A DNA stretch of 64,000 nt from Macrostomum lignano. Lineage: Eukaryota. Below are positions 46,201 through 64,000 of this stretch, one piece after another. Location: assembly GCA_002269645.1 (NCBI GenBank), contig NIVC01001587.1, positions 1 through 64,000 of the forward strand, read 5' to 3'. The notes below the pieces were generated by a model. That model was not told the origin of the DNA and ran no database searches. It saw only the letters and a list, made by a program, of their open reading frames with translations. Position 1 is the stretch's first letter. Each line of letters opens with the position of its first letter. The translations under genes and the position numbers were made by a program.

Positions 46201-47202
46201 CATTAGTCTTAGTGCGAAGAAGGAAAAATGGCATATAACAACAAATCCATCTAAAAACGAACAGAAGTCATGCACTCAGAATTTGCCCCAGTTTGCCAAT
46301 GTTTTTTTCAATGCTCGTTTGTACTAGCATAATCCGGTTTAACGTGCAACAGTGAGAGTTTTCTGACTCGCCAATGCTAAATAACAGTATTTGATTTTTT
46401 TAAAGTTCCAGGCACCTGCGGTACATCTAGTTTAAATTGTTTGTTTCAGATGATGCTCATCATCGGTGTCATTGTGGTTATCATCATACTCATCATAATC
46501 AGTGAGTTCGGCCGGTCCGTTTTTTAGTAGGCTATGACCGAATCGATTATAGTGGGTTATGACCGATCCGATTTCAGTGGGTTATGACCGATCCGACTTC
46601 AGTGGGTTATGACCGATCCGATTTCAGTGGGTTATGACCGATCCGATTTCAGTGGGTTATGACCGATCCGACTTCAGTGGGTTATGACCGATCCAATTTC
46701 AGTGGGTTATGACCGATCCGATTTCAGTGGGTTATGACCGATCCGATTTCAGTGGGTTATGACCGATCCGACTTCAGTGGGTTATGACCGATCCAATTTC
46801 AGTGGGTTATGACCGATCCGATTTCAGTGGGTTATGACCGATCCGACTTCAGTGGGTTATGACCGATCCGATTTCAGTGGGTTATGACCGATCCGATTTC
46901 AGTGGGTTATGACCGATCCGACTTCAGTGGGTTATGACCGATCCAATTTCAGTGGGTTATGACCGATCCGATTTCAGTGGGTTATGACCGATCCGATTTC
47001 AGTGGGTTATGACCGATCCGACTTCAGTGGGTTATGACCGATCCAATTTCAGTGGGTTATGACCGATCCGATTTCAGTGGGTTATGACATTTAACATCAG
47101 TCTACTCAAACTCACCGAAATAAATTTTCAGTCTCGGTGGTCAGCAGCAACAAAGACGGCGGCGGTGGCGGCGGCAGCCCCACATCGGCGCCTGGTCGAT
47201 AG
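40241..47202 (+). CDS. VAMP: Synaptobrevin / VAMP R-SNARE
   Basis: Exons: 40241-40287; exon 2 ending 40437 (GC donor; start 40378 with 1 nt short, or 40407); 40527-40605; 41474-41553 (or 43048-43127); 46450-46501; 47132-47202. Gives [80 protein letters not shown], the synaptobrevin signature with a C-terminal TM helix. Confidence 0.92.
40905..41385. repeat. Intronic minisatellite, 38-bp unit
   Basis: AGTGAGATTCCTCATCTCATTCTGTACCRGAAGGAATT copies. Confidence 0.95.
41810..42830. repeat. 28-bp minisatellite family, array 1
   Basis: CCAGCCTCCCAGATCCTCAGTTGCTGGG variants. Confidence 0.95.
43048..43127 (+). CDS. Alternative (mutually exclusive) VAMP exon 4b
   Basis: CTAACAG acceptor and GTTGCT donor; 80 nt with the same phases as 41474-41553; [27 protein letters not shown] versus [27 protein letters not shown]; no stop. 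Confidence 0.75.
43468..46180. repeat. 28-bp minisatellite family, array 2 (~2.7 kb)
   Basis: Same unit as array 1; explains the spurious 929-aa ORF. Confidence 0.97.
46550..47088. repeat. Intronic minisatellite, 25-bp unit
   Basis: GTGGGTTATGACCGATCCGATTTCA with recurring variants. Confidence 0.95.
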
Positions 47203-48060
47203 AGAATCCGACACGAAAACGGTCTGTAGAAGCTGACAAAAATTTAAATTCTGACAAGTTAAGCAGTTTGACAGAAAGTCAAAGTATTCAAGCTGCGCTT
47301 AGATAATTTCTTTTTCGAGATATTTTGGCACCGTACTTACCTTGCTAATTTAAAGAAAGCTCTCAGTCTCAGTAATTAATGTGTATTAATAGCAATTGCA
47401 ATAAATGATAAAAATTTTGGAACTAATAATCAAAATATCCTACTGTACATCTGTTCATTAGTAGTGCTTTTTGCGTATGTATAATTTGTTATTTTCCTTG
47501 TCTAAACAGTTTTCTGATTTGGTCACTAATTCCTTTGTTCGTTTAAGCGTGATATGCGGCATTTTGGCTATTGAGTAGCGTTGGTAAGAGAGGCCTGGTC
47601 AGTCTTCCTTCTAAAGAATTTCTAAATAAGCGCTACTGTTCTCAAAAAAGTTGATTTACATAAACATAAACAAGCTTTTCTATACTGTTTGATACATCGG
47701 CTTTCTAAAATATAATGCCGAAAAAATTAGACTTTTTTGTGTCTTTAAGTAAATTTATTTTCAATAATAAATCTGCCTATGATGGGGGTTGAGCATTGTA
47801 GATGAAAATATCTCTATAGTAATATTGCGCATCTGTTGGTACTAATAGGTGGCAAATGTTCATTAGTAGTATGATAAAAGGTGAAAATTACGTGCTGCCG
47901 AATCATTATTTATATTATTGTACCTATACTAGAGGGCAGGCAACCGTTACAGTAAAATTGGGTCTGAAACTCGTTAAGAGCGTCACGCGTTAACATATTA
48001 TATTTAGAAGGTTTCTAAAAATAGATTTTGCTCGCTAATTCTGCCACTCGCAGTAATTGA

Positions 48061-59046
<10,986 letters not shown>

Positions 59047-59228
59047 TCTGTTGTGAACGAGTGCAATGGTTGATGAACTGGAAAATAACAGCTATTCAAA
59101 TACAGTGACCCATTGCATTGGAAACTACTAGATATTGTTTTTGTTGCAAAGTTGATACGAAGTCGTTCATCAGCTTCTTAGTACAGTTTACTATCCCTAC
59201 AGAATTGCTCCCTACAGAATTGCATGGA

Positions 59229-59430
59229 GTAGCCAGATCCAGAGCAGCTCTTCGGTTCAAGCGTCTGACTCTCGTGCCACGGTATCCAGGTTCGATTCCG
59301 TGAGCAGTCAAATTAATTTGGGAGTTTACACATGTCTGTGTACCCTGTGTGAGCGTGTGTATGAATGCGTGCTAAGTATCAATTCAGAATCCGCTTGCAT
59401 GTGCAGGATCGCCTAAGCGCTGGTTGTGGG
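59229..59430 (+). mobile_element. tRNA-derived SINE-like element upstream of the IF gene
   Basis: B box GGTTCGATTCC at 59289-59299; similar to 12345-12440 (-) and to the body of the 11901 element. Confidence 0.55.
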
Positions 59431-62400
59431 AGTGTCACCAAAGGCGTTGCGTTAGGGTACCCACAGCCCTCCTGCAAAAATTTATTTATTGGCCTAAAAA
59501 GTCACTTAGTGGCCGAAAATGAAACTCGTACATATAGATAGGAGCTTCATTTGACAGGGTACTGTCGTACTCTGATGATGAGCAATCCATTAGCTTATTT
59601 GCCTATTTGTACCTGAATTCTCTATACGTGGAGAATCTACAAAATCAATAGAAACTGTCAAACTGCATGTTAACTGCTTTTATACACAATTAACGGTAGA
59701 TGTAGCAGCCATTCTCTCCAACACGCAACTCACAAGCCCAGTATAGAAACTTTTCAGCATTACGCACCCAAAACTATAGAGTGCCAGTTGAGAATGAGTG
59801 GCAGCAACAGTTCTGCCAGCAACCGATGTGTGCTGAACCATGGCAAGTCACCGAAAGCTTTAGAGAGGCTACCCGCGGGAGGGTTCTGGGCGCTAGTCCT
59901 ATATACTAAAACTTATCGCAGAGAATAGCAGACAAAACTCTAGGGGGAACCCTTTCGAAACGGAAGCCTTTTCAACTCCCGTACTTGCCTGAAGTAGTCC
60001 CAGGTCACAATGGGTTTCGCAAGGCGACTCAAAGTTGGAGACTTCAAAAACTCTGAGAATGTCGCGGAGCTCGACCCATGCAAGGCGGGGTGACTAACTA
60101 TATACTATTGACTTTCCGGAGAGCGGAGCAGAAACAGATAGAAAGACGCGGTATAATTCCTCCCTCGATCTTAACTCCGCGGAACCGGCAATATAACTTG
60201 TCAAAAAGACAATTTAGGGAGAAATGAGCATTGCAGAGGCAGACCGGAGAGGCGCGGCAAACAGAAGTATTCAGCCGTCAAAGCTTATAGCTAAGCTATG
60301 CCAACCCACACTGAGGGTGAGGGAAGTCGAGGGAAACGCCCAATCCAGAAACGAAACAGAGGGCACAGAGAAAGACAAACTGCAGGCAGTCGAGGCGATC
60401 AATTGTCTTTATTAATACACACTGCAGAAAAATATATCCCCTAAACCCTGGGAGGCGCGCAAGGGAGAAAAAAACGAACCCCCAGGATACAGCACTAGCA
60501 GAGAGCAACAAACGCACCAGCTGCGGTGGAGCAATACTCCTCCTCTGACCGCTTGGACCTGGACGATAGAGAGCTCGCCCACAATAGGTCCCTGTGGCAT
60601 CTAATAATCCTAAAGCTTGATCAGCATTAGGAATTGGTTAATATCAGCCCAAACCCGTCGTTGGAGCGTTTTTGAGCAATCTCTCTAGTTCTGCTACAAT
60701 TGTAGCCATTTCAATGCTCTACAGGCAAGCTTATAGTGTGTCGCTAGAATTGCAAATATATATTACTGCTCAAAAGGTACAAAAGGCAACTCTGCATAAA
60801 GGAAATTATTTTTAAGAAGCTGTCCATCTCACTTACCAATCGTACGAACCAAAGCGTATATTAAGAGAGAACGAACAAGCACTGGGCTGGATCTTGCCGT
60901 CGAGTCACTTTAGAACAACCACTTGGCTTGGGTAATGTGAAAGTGGAAGCGGTGTAGTATAAAATAGTTTAGTGCTCAAAAAGTAGCTGGGGCGCCGCCC
61001 TCTAAGGAGACACACGCAGTGGCAGAGAGTCGAAGCGAGAGAACCTTGAGGAAGAGTGGGGCGGATCTACAACTGAAGGATTTACAGAGCTTGAGTAAAT
61101 ACGGACTCAGCAGGTACCTCCCCTTCATGCCAGCCTGTACTGGGAAGCGCCAAGTAGCAGTTGATCCGCCCAACCAGCCCACTTTTGTCTCTCTTCCCTC
61201 TGTTCCACAGCGGCAGCAGCAGCCAGCAACCAATAAGCAAATTGATCCGGGCCAGTCCAGGAATGCGGGCCCGCCAGGGCTGTACAGCCAGTCACTCTGC
61301 CACCAATGGCCTCTGTAATTGTGCCTGTAAGCATAGCCGCTTTGCGATTTTGCAGGAATCTCAGTTTGCAACATCCAAGTAGTCCCGATGTATTGTCTCA
61401 TCCTGTCTAGTGTTTTTGTGTCCATAGGGTGCGTCATGACCCATCAAACATTAATTTTAGAGGCTCAGTAGTGTGACTCGGCTATTTTGGTTAACTCACA
61501 GCTTACCACCTTATTAAAAAATCGAAGACAACTTCAAAACGAATTCATTTCAGTTGAAATCTCATTTTACTAAATCGGCATGCTACATAAGGCAACTTGT
61601 GTTTGGGAGTGAGCACACAGTGCTGTATTCTGTTAGTTACACAAAGAGATATGCTCAAGATTCTCAGCATACTGTTCAATATCCGATAGAACCAAAATTG
61701 ATAAAAGCAAAAAAAAAACTTTTACACCCCCAATTACCAACAATTTTTTGTACGAGTTTAACATTAATCTACGAGGGTTGACCGGCGTAAAAAACAAAAG
61801 ATACAGAAACATCCATGATGAGATCCCCCTGGTCCATCCCGATCAAAACGGTACCGAGGCCAAGAAGCGTTGCAGGTAACACAGGTAAAATAGGAGAGCA
61901 ACTGTAGACGACTTTGAAACAAGATGTCAGGCTACAAGTCCCCTAAAATTCAAATTGAGGCGTTTTATTGTTTGCATTGATAACCAACTCTATTTAGTCC
62001 ACTTGAGTTAGTAGAAAGTTAAGCGCTAACACAACAACCCTTGGACGACTCTTACGATACTGCAACTCACGCGATGCGCTCGTGACTCAACAGTCGCCTC
62101 TTGTCACGGCAACGTTTTCAATGGCCTGAGCAGCAGGTGAAGACTGCCTGGGAGGGGGGTCACAGACCCCATGCCCATCTCAGCCTTTGCTAAGGCCTTC
62201 GATAAGTAGATGTCGAGGTTGCAGGGGTTTAGTGAGAGAGCTGAAGACAATGCTAAAAAAGAACAGCGGTTTCCGCCGGACAACCTCGTAATAAACAAGC
62301 ATTGAGAAGCATAGATAACATTTAGCTAGGCGTTAGTTTACTTTAACTATAAAGACCTCGGTAGAGGACAAGCAACGCGGGAAAACTTATCAAGAAGTTG

Positions 62401-62650
62401 AGCCAAATTTATCTGGTATTCTTGCAAAAAAAATCAATCGTTGCGTTCATGTGGAGGGGGGTTGACGACTAGCGTCTGTTTAAATGTACATAAGGAGACT
62501 GAAAATGCTAGAATGTGCACGAGTTGACTGCGTAATTTCTATTGGCAATTCTGGTGTCGCAATTGAAGCATTTGACTCAATTTCTCGATAGTGTCTCTCT
62601 CTGCGTAAGGAATTTTATAAACTACTCATAGTAGCTTAACAAAATGTTAA

Positions 62651-63377
62651 TCACGATTTAAACAGAATAGAATTGAATTTATTATAAAATGACGGCGACT
62701 CTCGAACCGAGCTCAAATTGGCTGGGACAGTGTGCACCGATTTTAATGTCTGCTGCTGCTGTTGCTTTTGCGGCTGTTTCTTCCCTCCAGACTGGTGCGC
62801 AGCCGCCGACGAAGCCGCAGCTTCAACTAGCGGCTTGGCTGAGACCGGCAGCAGGCCGAATCGCGGCAGCTGCTTGGATTGAACGGTGGCCGCAGGCAGC
62901 ACGGACGGGCCGGCGGGATCCTGGCTCTGAGCCGAGTAGGCGGCAGCTGAGCCGGGCGACACCCGGTGAGCGGCGAACGCTCCCAGCCGGTCGATGCTGG
63001 CCAGCAGGCCGTACAGCGAGCTGCAGGCGTGGGCGTGGCGCACCGCCGACTGGGTCAGCGGGCCGGCCAGAGCCTCCAGGTCGAACGGATCGATGGCCGA
63101 CTCCACCCGGCCAATCAGAGCCTCCAGCTGCCGATTGAACTCGGCATTGGCCGGGCTGTCCTCCCGGCGGGACAGCAGGGCGAACAGGAATCTGAGATCG
63201 AACAGCAGCTGTGCCAGCTGGTTTGGCGCCAGCTGCTGCTGCTGCGCCGGGCCGCTCTCGGCTGCTGCACCCGATAGCCGGGCTGTCAGGCAGCGGTCCA
63301 CGATGGCCAACAGGCGGTCGGTGAGGCTGGCCAGCAGGTGCTGCAGGCTGGCCCGACTGAGGGCGTGGCCGCCTCGT
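62651..63377 (-). CDS. COG1: Conserved oligomeric Golgi complex subunit 1, last exon (rest outside the window)
   Basis: RGGHALSRASLQHLL...QLLFDLRFL...IDPFDL...SSLYGLL...RFGLLPVS matches my recollection of the COG1 C-terminus (GGHAL, LQLLFDLRYL, IDPFDLD, RFGLLPLS). Acceptor CCGCAG ends at 63378. Confidence 0.8.
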
Positions 63378-63519
63378 CTGCGGCGTGAGAGATTATCATA
63401 TTTATCATATGTAACAATAATTCATAGAGCCTAACATTTCTCAAAATCGGGATATCCCGTCAATTCACTGTCGACTATCTAGGCTAGGATTTGGGCTAGG
63501 GTCGGCAGTCACTGACTGA

Positions 63520-64000
63520 CAGTCAAATATCACTAACAGTCAAATGTCAATGACAGTCAAATGTCACTGACAGTCAAATATCACTGACAGTCAAATGTCA
63601 CTGGCAGTCAAATGTCACTGACAGTCAAATGTCATTGACAGTCAAATGTCATTGACAGTCAAATATCACTGACAGTCAAAATGTAACTGACAGTCAAATA
63701 TCACTGACAGTCAAATGTCACTGGCAGTCAAATGTCACTGACAGAGTCAAATGTCACTGGCAGTCAAATGTCACTGGCAATCAAATGTCACTGACGGTCA
63801 AATATCACTGACAGTCAAATGTCATTGACAGTCAAATGTCATTGACAGCTAAATATCACTGACAGTCAAATATCACTGACAGAGTCAAATGTCACTGGCA
63901 GTCAAATGTCACTGACAGAGTCAAATGTCACTGGCAGTCAAATGTCACTGACAGAGTCAAATGTCACTGGCAGTCAAATGTCACTGGCAGTCAAATATCA
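63520..64000. repeat. Intronic minisatellite, 17-bp unit
   Basis: GACAGTCAAATGTCACT copies running to the window end. Confidence 0.93.

Noticed and set aside
43402-46238. 929-aa, 667-aa and other long ORFs
   Set aside because: Translations of a stop-poor 28-bp minisatellite, open in all three frames; the same applies to ORFs at 13894-14805, 27031-28751, 41817-42865 and 55638-56584.
60976-61437. 153-aa minus-strand ORF as a gene
   Set aside because: No family motif and no supporting splice pattern; kept only as an unexplained region.

Overview
Eukaryotic, intron-rich animal DNA, very probably the flatworm Macrostomum (lignano-like): GC-rich exons, introns filled with private minisatellites, AT-rich intergenic DNA. 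I spliced the genes by hand from GT/GC-AG sites and checked exon phases. (1) 3' part of a giant secreted adhesive/mucin-like gene (+, <1-15243), matching the Macrostomum glue protein Mlig-ap2 as I recall it: about 9 near-identical 663-bp (221-aa) repeats, then TSP1/TIL/vWC-like modules, a Pro/Thr/Ser-rich region and a C-terminal cystine knot. (2) A 99-aa two-exon orphan gene (-). (3) A complete PHTF gene (-). (4) A synaptobrevin/VAMP gene (+) with two equal-length alternative versions of the exon encoding the SNARE C-half. (5) A protostome cytoplasmic intermediate-filament gene (-) with two alternative tails. (6) The last exon of COG1 (-). Also tRNA-derived SINEs (one with a MIR/CORE-like domain), hAT-type MITEs, a TIR element nested in an RTE LINE relic, and many minisatellites. 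No CRISPR, rRNA or convincing true tRNA genes. Best leads: the AP2 repeat looks like a discoidin (F5/8 type C) bead plus Thr-rich linker; a cryptic in-frame terminal exon could truncate AP2 before its cystine knot; VAMP has mutually exclusive exons; the IF gene has switchable tails; and glue, IF and vesicle-fusion genes are neighbours. Family assignments are from remembered motifs, not database searches.
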